Origin: Breznakia sp. PF5-3
GTDB taxonomy: Bacteria > Bacillota_I > Bacilli_A > Erysipelotrichales > Erysipelotrichaceae
Direction: 5' to 3'
DNA: 32,000 nucleotides
Assembly: GCF_029504745.1 (NCBI RefSeq)
Contig: NZ_JAQFIQ010000009.1
Span: forward strand, 30,001-62,000
The position numbers were made by a program, and so were the translations under genes. Shown here one piece after another: positions 17,250-25,010 of this stretch. A model generated the notes under the pieces. The model saw only the letters and a list, made by a program, of their open reading frames with translations, searched no databases and was not told where the DNA came from. The stretch's first letter is position 1. The number at the start of each line of letters is the position of its first letter.

Positions 17250-17931
17250 TTTGATTATAACGGTTGTCGATCGAAATAAAGGTTGTAAAGTGATGAAAAT
17301 ATTCAAATCCCTTGGAACCCATTGGCATTACATGCTTTCTGGTGAAGGTACAATGAATTCAGAGATGATGGAATTGTTAGGGTTAGGAACATCGGAGAAA
17401 TCAATTGCTTTATGTATCGTTCCACATTTTCGTGTGTCGGAATTTATGCAAACAATTCGTCGTGAATTACGAATGGATATGAAAGGGAAAGGTGTTGGAT
17501 TTACATTACCTATTTCAGGAGTGAACCATCCAATTATTCAAAAAATAAAAAATGAAATGAATATGGAGACGATGAAAACAATGAAAAAAGAAATGGAACA
17601 AATGACGGAAAAAATTACTACAGGCACACAATATTCAGTTGTGATTGGAATTATAAACCAAGGATATAGTGAGGATGTTATGAGTACTGCAAGAACTGTA
17701 GGTGCAAGAGGCGGTACTGTTGTTCGTGCTAGAAGAGTTGGGATTGAGGATGCAGTAAAGTTTTTAGGTATTTCAGTCCAAGAAGAAAAAGAAATTTTAA
17801 TGATTTTAACTGCGAAAGAAAGTCGTCATGATATTATGAAAGCTTTATCACATGAACATGGGATAGCAAGCGAAACACATGGTATTTATTTATCTCTTCC
17901 TGTTGAAGAAGTAATGGGACTTGATTTATAG
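17215..17931 (+). CDS. Fused tandem P-II-like (GlnB-fold) signal-transduction protein
   Basis: 238 aa made of two halves that align with each other: LNLIITVV...LGLGTSEKSIALCIV...GVGFTLPISGV and YSVVIGII...GARGGTVVRARR...LGISVQEEKEILMIL...HGIYLSLPVEEV. The halves are joined by a Met/Lys/Glu-rich linker. GGAGG at 17204-17208 lies inside the upstream gene. 35-nt overlap with that gene. Confidence 0.65.
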   Translation: MMKETMIKMRLNLIITVVDRNKGCKVMKIFKSLGTHWHYMLSGEGTMNSEMMELLGLGTSEKSIALCIVPHFRVSEFMQTIRRELRMDMKGKGVGFTLPISGVNHPIIQKIKNEMNMETMKTMKKEMEQMTEKITTGTQYSVVIGIINQGYSEDVMSTARTVGARGGTVVRARRVGIEDAVKFLGISVQEEKEILMILTAKESRHDIMKALSHEHGIASETHGIYLSLPVEEVMGLDL

Positions 17932-17950
17932 TAAGGATATAAAATAAACA

Positions 17951-17979
17951 TTGACTATTAAAGGGTTTTCGGGTATTAT
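17951..17979 (+). promoter_or_regulatory. Sigma-A promoter of the rplU-prp-rpmA operon
   Basis: TTGACT (17951-17956), a 17-nt spacer, then TATTAT (17974-17979). Confidence 0.55.
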
Positions 17980-17984
17980 ATCTA

Positions 17985-18075
17985 TGTTGTATGTCTTTTT
18001 ATGGCTTACAACCGCACATGTAAGGTTTAAGTATGCACAGCATCACCTTATTTGGCGAGTCTTAAATTGTAAAAG
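17985..18075 (+). promoter_or_regulatory. Structured 5' leader of rplU, a possible L21-leader type ribosomal-protein autoregulatory RNA
   Basis: About 90 nt between the promoter and the SD. Hairpins GTTGTA (17986-17991)/TACAAC (18007-18012) and TAAGGT (18021-18026)/ACCTTA (18045-18050). The position matches the Firmicutes L21 leader. I cannot verify the consensus from memory. Confidence 0.4.
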
Positions 18076-18086
18076 GAGGTGCAAGA

Positions 18087-18398
18087 ATGTACGCAATTAT
18101 TGAAACAGGTGGAAAACAAATCAAAGTAGAAGAAGGTCAATCGATCTTTGTTGAAAAATTAGATGTTAATGAAGGTGATAAAATCACTTTTGATAAAGTT
18201 GTTTTGTACTCAAATAAGACAACAAAAATTGGTTCTCCATATGTAAAGGGAGCTAAGGTAAATGCTACTGTTGAAAAGCAAGGTAAAAGTAAAAAAATTG
18301 TTGTTTACAAATACAAAGCTAAAAAAGGTAGTTCACACCGTAAACAAGGACACCGTCAACCATATACAAAACTTGTTATAAACTCAATCGAGGGATAG
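18087..18398 (+). CDS. rplU: 50S ribosomal protein L21
   Basis: [18 protein letters not shown]... is the canonical L21 N-terminus. AAAGGAGGTG SD. Confidence 0.97.
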   Translation: MYAIIETGGKQIKVEEGQSIFVEKLDVNEGDKITFDKVVLYSNKTTKIGSPYVKGAKVNATVEKQGKSKKIVVYKYKAKKGSSHRKQGHRQPYTKLVINSIEG

Positions 18399-18401
18399 TT
18401 T

Positions 18402-18716
18402 ATGGTGAAGGTAGAAGTTTGTAAGAAGGCAGATTATATTTCACGTATTACTATTACAGGACATGCAAATTCTGCAGAATATGGGCAAGATTTGGTATGT
18501 GCAGGAGTTTCTAGTATAGCAGTTGGAATATTAAATACTTTAGATGAACTTTGTACAAACATGTGTATCTTAGAAATGAATGATGCACACATTTATATTG
18601 AAGTTAAAACTGATGATAAAACAGTTCAAACAATATTAAAAACTCTTTATATACAGTTAAAAACAATGACTGAATCATATAAGGAGTATATAGAAATTAT
18701 GAAAGTAGAGGTGTAA
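18402..18716 (+). CDS. prp: Ribosomal-processing cysteine protease Prp (YsxB family)
   Basis: 104 aa between rplU and rpmA. It has the GHA....G.D.VCAGVS motif containing the catalytic His/Cys pair. Confidence 0.9.
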   Translation: MVKVEVCKKADYISRITITGHANSAEYGQDLVCAGVSSIAVGILNTLDELCTNMCILEMNDAHIYIEVKTDDKTVQTILKTLYIQLKTMTESYKEYIEIMKVEV

Positions 18717-18719
18717 ACC

Positions 18720-19004
18720 ATGAAATTTAGTTTAAATATTCAATTATTCGCATCGAAAAAAGGGGTTGGATCTACAAAAAATGGTCGTGACTCAAAGTCT
18801 AAAAGACTAGGTGCTAAACTTGCTGATGGACAACATGCAAATGCTGGAGCGATTATCTACCGTCAACGTGGGACAAAGATTCACCCAGGTAAAAACGTTG
18901 GAAGAGGTGGGGATGATACATTATTCGCTACTGCTAATGGAATTGTAAAATTCGAACGTTTGGGTAAAAAGAAAACAAAAGTTTCTGTATATCCACAAGC
19001 TTAA
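18720..19004 (+). CDS. rpmA: 50S ribosomal protein L27 with N-terminal propeptide
   Basis: [10 protein letters not shown]|[15 protein letters not shown]: a Firmicutes-type extension before the conserved ASKKG. Confidence 0.97.
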   Translation: MKFSLNIQLFASKKGVGSTKNGRDSKSKRLGAKLADGQHANAGAIIYRQRGTKIHPGKNVGRGGDDTLFATANGIVKFERLGKKKTKVSVYPQA

Positions 19005-19009
19005 TTATA

Positions 19010-19038
19010 AATCCTCACATCAGTTGTGAGGATTTTTT
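19010..19038 (+). terminator. Rho-independent terminator after rpmA
   Basis: AATCCTCACA (19010-19019) pairs with TGTGAGGATT (19025-19034), with a 5-nt loop, followed by TTTT. Confidence 0.8.
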
Positions 19039-19069
19039 CACTAATATAGATAAATGAATCGAGGTAGTT

Positions 19070-20353
19070 ATGCAATTTATAGATCGAGTTAAATTAAAAT
19101 TAAAAGCAGGTAATGGAGGCAATGGTATGTCTTCATTTCGTCGTGAAAAATATGTTCCTTTTGGTGGGCCAAGTGGTGGTGATGGAGGAAGAGGAGGCAA
19201 TGTGATTTTTGCCGTTGATGAAGGAAAATCAACCCTTCTAGATTTACGATATAATCGTAAAATTGTTGCTGCTGATGGTGGTAAAGGAAAAACAAAAAAA
19301 ATGCATGGGGCTACTGGACAAGATTTTGTGGTTAGAGTTCCTCTTGGTACCATTGTTCGTGATTTAGAGAGTGGTCATATTTTAGCAGACCTAACCAGAA
19401 AAGATCAACAGGCAGTTATTTGTACTGGTGGGAAAGGTGGTCGTGGGAATTTTAGATTTAAAACTTCCAAAAATACGGCACCCACATATTCTGAAAAAGG
19501 CGGTTTGGGAGAGCAAATAGAAGTAGAAGTAGAGCTTAAGGTGCTTGCCGATGTTGGGTTAGTTGGGTTTCCTTCAGTTGGTAAAAGCACACTTTTATCA
19601 GTTGTTAGTAAAGCAAGACCTGAGATTGCAGACTATCATTTCACAACGATTCAACCTAATTTAGGTATGGTACAAGTTGCTGATGGTAGAAGTTTTGTAA
19701 TGGCAGATTTACCTGGTTTAATTGAAGGTGCTGCTGAAGGAAAAGGATTAGGACATCAGTTTTTACGTCATATTGAGCGATGTAGAGTAATTATTCATGT
19801 GATTGATATGGGGGCACAAGACGGAAGAGATCCACTTTCAGACTATACAATTATTAACAATGAATTAGAAACTTATCAATATCGTTTGTTAGAGAGACCA
19901 CAAATTGTAATTGCCAATAAAATGGATTTGGATGATGCACAAGAAAATCTTAAGCGTTTTAAAGAAGCATATCCAGATGTTGAAGTTTTTGAAACAATGA
20001 CAATGATAGGAGAAGGTTTGGATCCTGTATTATATCGTGCTGCAGATTTACTTGATGTAACACCAGCTTTTCCTTTATATGATGAGGTTGAAGAGACGGA
20101 AGGTGTATTATATAAATTCGAACCTGAAAAACCAGCCTTTGAAGTTCACAATCTAGGAAATGGTCGTTGGATGTTAGATGGCGATGAAATTGAAAATGCA
20201 TATCGCATGGCAACATTAGACACTACAGAAGGAGAGCAACGGTTTGCTCGTAAAATGAGAGTTTTGGGTGTAGAACAGGCTTTGCGTGATGCAGGTTGTC
20301 AAGATGGAGATACTGTAAGTATCTGTGATTTCGAATTTGAATTTGTTGATTAA
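19070..20353 (+). CDS. obg: GTPase Obg/CgtA
   Basis: Glycine-rich Obg fold (GGNGGNGMSSFRREKYVPFGGPSGGDGGRGG). G domain motifs GFPSVGKST, DLPGLIEGA and NKMD. C-terminal OCT domain. Confidence 0.97.
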   Translation: MQFIDRVKLKLKAGNGGNGMSSFRREKYVPFGGPSGGDGGRGGNVIFAVDEGKSTLLDLRYNRKIVAADGGKGKTKKMHGATGQDFVVRVPLGTIVRDLESGHILADLTRKDQQAVICTGGKGGRGNFRFKTSKNTAPTYSEKGGLGEQIEVEVELKVLADVGLVGFPSVGKSTLLSVVSKARPEIADYHFTTIQPNLGMVQVADGRSFVMADLPGLIEGAAEGKGLGHQFLRHIERCRVIIHVIDMGAQDGRDPLSDYTIINNELETYQYRLLERPQIVIANKMDLDDAQENLKRFKEAYPDVEVFETMTMIGEGLDPVLYRAADLLDVTPAFPLYDEVEETEGVLYKFEPEKPAFEVHNLGNGRWMLDGDEIENAYRMATLDTTEGEQRFARKMRVLGVEQALRDAGCQDGDTVSICDFEFEFVD

Positions 20354-20377
20354 AAAACCATAGTTTTCTATGGTTTT
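20353..20377. terminator. Bidirectional terminator between obg and the GNAT gene
   Basis: AAAACCATAG (20354-20363), loop tttt, CTATGGTTTT (20368-20377). The right arm overlaps the last codons of the minus-strand GNAT CDS. Confidence 0.75.
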
Positions 20378-20805
20378 GTTTTGTTATACCAATAGTATAC
20401 ATTTTTATTTTCTGTATGCAGTTCACCACCCAATTTTTGATATAGCTTATTTGCTGCAGTATTATCTTCTTGGGTTATTAAAAAAGTATAATGCATATTC
20501 GCTAATTTTGCATCAGCTAATGCCATTTCAACCAAGCGTGAGGCAATGTGCTTTCGTTGGTAGCTCTCTTGTACAAACACATGGTAAATCATCATCATAT
20601 CATTACCATTGTCCATTCTTGGTAAGACATAAGCAAGTACATAACCAGCAGCGATATCATTATCCAAACAAGCATATACGAAAATAAAAGGATTGTTAAG
20701 AATATCGTTAGCTTTATTTGAGGTTATTTTTTGATTTCGAAAAGCTTCTACAATTGCCTGAACTTTATATGTATCTTTCTTATTTAATTTTTCAAATATC
20801 AACAT
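20368..20805 (-). CDS. GNAT family N-acetyltransferase
   Basis: 145 aa with the acetyl-CoA binding pattern VQESYQRKHIASRLVE.A...A, then NT.A..LYQKLG. Confidence 0.75.
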   Translation of the reverse strand: MLIFEKLNKKDTYKVQAIVEAFRNQKITSNKANDILNNPFIFVYACLDNDIAAGYVLAYVLPRMDNGNDMMMIYHVFVQESYQRKHIASRLVEMALADAKLANMHYTFLITQEDNTAANKLYQKLGGELHTENKNVYYWYNKTKP

Positions 20806-20910
20806 AGATAACTCCTTTTTATAATATTATTATACGAAATTATTTATTATTGGACAAATTATTAAGCTTATGTAATTTTGCAGATAAGAATATGAATCGA
20901 TAGTGTCTAT

Positions 20911-20921
20911 TGTGCTATAAT
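20911..20921 (+). promoter_or_regulatory. Extended -10 promoter (TRTG-n-TATAAT) directly abutting the ybeY start codon
   Basis: TGTGcTATAAT at 20911-20921. The ybeY ATG at 20928 follows 6 nt after the -10. Confidence 0.5.
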
Positions 20922-20927
20922 ATTAAT

Positions 20928-21377
20928 ATGGAAATAAATATCATTAACGAATATGCTTTTACTTTCTTATATAAATCAGAGTTTGAAAAGATTTTAAAAC
21001 GCACCTTAAAAATTTTGAATAAAGAAGATATTTATGCAATATCTTGTATTTTTGTGGATGATGAAAAAATTCATGAAATTAATAAAAAATATCGTAACAT
21101 TGATCGCTCTACTGATGTGATTAGTTTTGCTTTATTGGATGATACAAGTTTTTTGTTACCAGAAATGGAAGAAATTGAATTGGGCGATATTTTTATTAGC
21201 GTTGATACATGCAAGCGCCAAGCGGAAGAATATGAACATAGTTTTAAACGGGAAATATGTTTTTTGTTTACACATGGGATTTTACATTTGTTTGGCTATG
21301 ATCATATGAATTCAGAAGATGAGAAAGAAATGATTAGGCTTCAAAAGGAGATTCTTGATGAAATCGATTTGGTATAA
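20928..21377 (+). CDS. ybeY: Endoribonuclease YbeY (rRNA maturation factor)
   Basis: Zinc motif HGILHLFGYDH plus TDVISFAL. I prefer the ATG at 20928 (MEINIINEY...) because the ORF-track TTG at 20910 lies within or upstream of the promoter element. Confidence 0.9.
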   Translation: MEINIINEYAFTFLYKSEFEKILKRTLKILNKEDIYAISCIFVDDEKIHEINKKYRNIDRSTDVISFALLDDTSFLLPEMEEIELGDIFISVDTCKRQAEEYEHSFKREICFLFTHGILHLFGYDHMNSEDEKEMIRLQKEILDEIDLV

Positions 21378-21699
21378 ATTTTGTTGTGCTTTTCGTGGCG
21401 TGGGTTTAGCAATAAAGGATAAAAGTATAGCGTTGCAATTGTTGTTGATGTGCATCGTTTTATTCTTTTTTAGTTTTTTTTCTTTATCAACGATAGAATG
21501 GTGTGTGATTATTGGCTGTTGTGGCTTTGTTATTGTTGTTGAAGTAGGGAATACATGCATAGAAAGGATTCTGGATTTTATCCAACCCAAGAAAGATGAA
21601 AAAGTACGGTATATAAAAGATATGAGTGCAGGAATGGTATTAATAGCGTGTATTTTTGCACTTGTCATAGGATTGTTCATATTAGGAGGTAAAATATGA
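21355..21699 (+). CDS. dgkA: Diacylglycerol / undecaprenol kinase family membrane protein
   Basis: FRGVGLA, EW, VVEVGNTCIERILD and KDMSAGMVL match the prokaryotic DgkA pattern (E..NTAIE..VD...KD.AAGAV). Overlaps the ybeY 3' end. Confidence 0.85.
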   Translation: MMKSIWYKFCCAFRGVGLAIKDKSIALQLLLMCIVLFFFSFFSLSTIEWCVIIGCCGFVIVVEVGNTCIERILDFIQPKKDEKVRYIKDMSAGMVLIACIFALVIGLFILGGKI

Positions 21700-21833
21700 T
21701 TAATGGATTTCACAATAATTCAATAGAATATTTGAAAATTTTAGATTTTTTAGAGAATACAAAAGTAAAAAATATAAAAACTTTTGGGTTTTCGTTTGAT
21801 ATATTAAAAGGAGTACAACATCATGAGTTTTAA
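21696..21833 (+). CDS. Unannotated 45-aa ORF, hypothetical small protein
   Basis: MINGFHNNSIEYLKILDFLENTKVKNIKTFGFSFDILKGVQHHEF. AGGAGG (21684-21689) 6 nt upstream. ATGA overlap with the dgkA stop and 11-nt overlap with the era start. Below the ORF-track length cut-off. No recognisable family. Confidence 0.3.
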   Translation: MINGFHNNSIEYLKILDFLENTKVKNIKTFGFSFDILKGVQHHEF

Positions 21834-22719
21834 ATCAGGTTTTATTGCCATTATTGGACGTCCTAATTCGGGTAAGAGTACATTGTTGAATACGCTTATG
21901 CAAACAAAGCTTGCCATTACATCAGATAAACCACAAACAACGCGGAATAATATTTTAGGAATTTTAAACAATGAGGCGTATCAACTTGTTTTTGTTGATA
22001 CACCAGGTGTACACAAACCACGTACAGCGTTGGGTAAAAATATGAATAAAGGTGTATATACTTCAATGCAAGATGCGGATATTATTTATTTAGTTGTTGA
22101 TGGTACAAAAGCGTTTGGATCAGGAGATGATTTTTTATTAAATAGAATTCAAAATACTCAAACCAATGTGTTTTTAGTATTAAATAAGGTTGATAGTTTG
22201 ACAAAAGAAGAATTGATAATGAATTTAGAACTTTGGCAATCCAAATTCGATTTCAAAGAAATCATTCCTATTTCTGCATTGAAAAATGATAATGTGGACG
22301 AGTTGCTAGAAACAACTTTACAATATCTAGAGGATGGTGCTCAATTTTACCCTGTAGATATGATTAGTGATAGAAAAGATGATTTTCGTGTGAAAGAAAT
22401 TATTCGCGAAAAAGTGTTGTTTAATACAAGAGAAGAAATTCCACACGGAGTAGCTGTCATCATTGAACAGTATGAAGAAATGGATAATCATTTTGATATA
22501 CAAGCTTTGATCATTGTTGAGCGGAAATCTCAAAAGGGAATTCTGATTGGAAAACAAGGAGCAATGATTAAAAAAATCCGTTTATCTGCACAAAGAGAAT
22601 TGAAATCCTTATTACATAAAAAAGTGAATTTAGAACTTTATGTCAGAATTGAAGAAGATTGGCGAAATAAAGAAAATAAATTAAATGAGTTAGGATATAA
22701 GGAATACGATAATGAATGA
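21823..22719 (+). CDS. era: GTPase Era
   Basis: GRPNSGKSTLLN, DTPG and NKVD motifs, and a C-terminal KH domain (KGILIGKQGAMIKKI). Confidence 0.97.
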   Translation: MSFKSGFIAIIGRPNSGKSTLLNTLMQTKLAITSDKPQTTRNNILGILNNEAYQLVFVDTPGVHKPRTALGKNMNKGVYTSMQDADIIYLVVDGTKAFGSGDDFLLNRIQNTQTNVFLVLNKVDSLTKEELIMNLELWQSKFDFKEIIPISALKNDNVDELLETTLQYLEDGAQFYPVDMISDRKDDFRVKEIIREKVLFNTREEIPHGVAVIIEQYEEMDNHFDIQALIIVERKSQKGILIGKQGAMIKKIRLSAQRELKSLLHKKVNLELYVRIEEDWRNKENKLNELGYKEYDNE

Positions 22720-23458
22720 GAATAGTGAGGTTATTATTCTTAAAAATAGTGATTATAGAGATGCGGATGCAATTTTAAATGTACTTAGTTTGGAATATGG
22801 AAAAATGAGTTTTGTTGCAAGGGGTATTCGAAAACCGAAAAGCAAAAATGCCAATGCTTGTAATTTATTTAATATCAGCCGTTTTCATTATAATTATCAA
22901 GAACAGAGAACTATGCAAAGTTTGAAAGTTGCAGAATCACTTTTGAATTTTCACAAGATAAGAGAAGATTTATTAAAGCAAAGCATTGCTGGAGTAATGG
23001 TAGAAATGATTGATAAAGTGGATATCGATGATGTGGAACATGCATATCATCTACTAAAGCAAAGTTTATTATATTTGGAAAAAACAGATAATATACTATG
23101 TTTATTTGGTTTGTTTGTGGCAAATGTTTGTACAATGTGTGGAATTACGCCATATGTAGATGGATGTGTACATTGTAAACGAACAAATGACTTAGCGAGT
23201 ATTTCTTTAATTGATGGTGGATTTGTATGTGTGAATTGCATTGATTCTGCTATTCACGTGAAAAAAGAACGTTCTACCTTAAAGTTTTTCCGTTTGTTTA
23301 ATAAAGCAAAAATTGAACAATTTGATCTTTTAGAAGATATCACGCCATGCAATTATCAGGATATTGAAGATTTGTTACTTTTTTTTAATGAATATAGTGG
23401 TATTCATCTAAAAAGTTTAAAGTTTCTTAAACACTTAGTTGAATTAGAAAATGGGTAA
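22712..23458 (+). CDS. recO: DNA repair protein RecO
   Basis: Follows era with an 8-nt overlap. N-terminal OB fold (VIILKNSDYRDADAILNVLS..GK.SFVARG) and a Cys4 zinc finger (CVHC...CVNC). Confidence 0.9.
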   Translation: MNENSEVIILKNSDYRDADAILNVLSLEYGKMSFVARGIRKPKSKNANACNLFNISRFHYNYQEQRTMQSLKVAESLLNFHKIREDLLKQSIAGVMVEMIDKVDIDDVEHAYHLLKQSLLYLEKTDNILCLFGLFVANVCTMCGITPYVDGCVHCKRTNDLASISLIDGGFVCVNCIDSAIHVKKERSTLKFFRLFNKAKIEQFDLLEDITPCNYQDIEDLLLFFNEYSGIHLKSLKFLKHLVELENG

Positions 23459-23525
23459 AAATGGTATATCTTTTACTCAACTTTAAAAATAGCCCTTTTG
23501 AAACGTTAATTCCATGCTTATTATC

Positions 23526-23554
23526 TTGAATATGTGCGTATTCTATGGTATAAA
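23526..23554 (+). promoter_or_regulatory. Candidate sigma-A promoter for glyQS-dnaG-sigA
   Basis: TTGAAT (23526-23531), a 17-nt spacer ending in TGg, then TATAAA (23549-23554). Confidence 0.4.
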
Positions 23555-23620
23555 TAGTAATAATGTGTATAATAAAAGATAGATTTAAGGATCTGTTGTT
23601 TTAAGGAAAAAGAGGAGCTT

Positions 23621-24997
23621 ATGAACGAGAAAAATTTTGAAAAAGTTGTAGCACATATGAAAAACACTGGATTTGTGTTTCAAGGCAGTGAAATTTATGG
23701 TGGACTTTCAAATACATGGGATTTTGGACCAATAGGGATTGAATTCAAAAATAATATCAAAAATGCATGGTGGAAAAAATTTATTCAAGAAGATCCAAAT
23801 AACGTTGGAATCCAAAGTGCTATTTTAATGAACCCTGATGTATGGGTAGCTTCTGGACATGTTGGTGGATTCTCAGATCCACTGATGGATTGTAAGAAAT
23901 GTAAATCAAGATTTAGAGCAGATCAATTAATTGAAAATTTTTCAAATAATGAAGTCAATCCAAGTGGCTGGAGTAAAGATGAGATGAAGGCATATATTGA
24001 CGAAAATAAAATTGCATGTCCTCATTGTGGGGCGCATGATTTTACTGATATTAGAGAATTTAATTTAATGTTTAAAACATATCAAGGGGTAGTCGAAGAT
24101 AGTAAAAGTACGATTTATTTACGTCCAGAGACAGCACAAGGAATGTTTGTGAACTTCAAGAATGTTCAGCGTTCAATGCGTAAGAAATTACCATTTGGAA
24201 TTGGACAAATTGGGAAGAGTTTCCGAAATGAAATCACGCCAGGTAACTTTATCTTTCGTACACGCGAATTTGAGCAAATGGAATTGGAATTTTTTGTAAA
24301 GCCAGGTGAGGATTTGAAATGGTACGAATATTATAAAGATTTTTGTATGAACTTTTTAGTATCTATTGGGATACAGAAAGAGAATTTACGTTTGCGAGAA
24401 CATGAACAAGACGAATTATCTCACTATTCAAAAGGAACTAGCGATATTGAATATTTATTTTCTTTTGGATGGGGTGAGTTATGGGGAATTGCAGATCGAA
24501 CAGATTTTGATTTGAAATCTCATCAAGATGCTTCAAAGAAAAGTTTGGAGTATCAAGATCCTCAAACAAATGAAAAGTATATTCCGTATTGTATTGAACC
24601 AGCAGTTGGTGTTGAAAGAATGATGCTAGCAGTAATGTGTGATGCATACGAAGAAGAAGCATTGGAAAATGATGAAACACGTACAGTATTGCATTTACAT
24701 CCATACTTAGCACCTTATAAAGCATGTATTTTGCCTCTTAGTAAGCAATTGTCTGAGGAAGCAAAAGAATTGTTCGCAAAACTTGCAAGTGATTTTGCAA
24801 TTACATATGACGAGGCTGGTAGCATAGGGAAGCGTTATCGCAGACAAGATGAAATTGGTACACCATTTTGTATTACATATGATTTTGATTCCAAAGAAGA
24901 TGCATGTGTAACTATTAGAGATCGTGATACGATGAAGCAAGAGCGAGTGAAAATTTCGGAATTAAATGAATATATTAAGCAAAAAATTAATTTTTAA
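23621..24997 (+). CDS. glyQS: Glycine--tRNA ligase, single-chain alpha2 type
   Basis: 458 aa. [37 protein letters not shown] and the class II motif 3 region. Confidence 0.95.
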   Translation: MNEKNFEKVVAHMKNTGFVFQGSEIYGGLSNTWDFGPIGIEFKNNIKNAWWKKFIQEDPNNVGIQSAILMNPDVWVASGHVGGFSDPLMDCKKCKSRFRADQLIENFSNNEVNPSGWSKDEMKAYIDENKIACPHCGAHDFTDIREFNLMFKTYQGVVEDSKSTIYLRPETAQGMFVNFKNVQRSMRKKLPFGIGQIGKSFRNEITPGNFIFRTREFEQMELEFFVKPGEDLKWYEYYKDFCMNFLVSIGIQKENLRLREHEQDELSHYSKGTSDIEYLFSFGWGELWGIADRTDFDLKSHQDASKKSLEYQDPQTNEKYIPYCIEPAVGVERMMLAVMCDAYEEEALENDETRTVLHLHPYLAPYKACILPLSKQLSEEAKELFAKLASDFAITYDEAGSIGKRYRRQDEIGTPFCITYDFDSKEDACVTIRDRDTMKQERVKISELNEYIKQKINF

Positions 24998-25010
24998 GAG
25001 GTGAAGCAGT

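Noticed and set aside
18989-18997. Isolated 8/9 DnaA-box matches inside genes: ATATCCACA at 18989-18997 and TGTGGATGA near 21051.
   Set aside because: Single near-matches are expected by chance in 32 kb, and these lie in coding sequence. Only the paired intergenic copies at 7417-7461 were kept as a finding.
23459-23620. Expected a glycine T-box riboswitch upstream of glyQS, as in Bacillus subtilis.
   Set aside because: The gap is only 162 nt and very AT-rich. It has no T-box consensus (no GGTGGTACCGCG-like block), no specifier-loop architecture and no terminator/antiterminator pair. It holds only a promoter-like TTGAAT-17-TATAAA and an SD.
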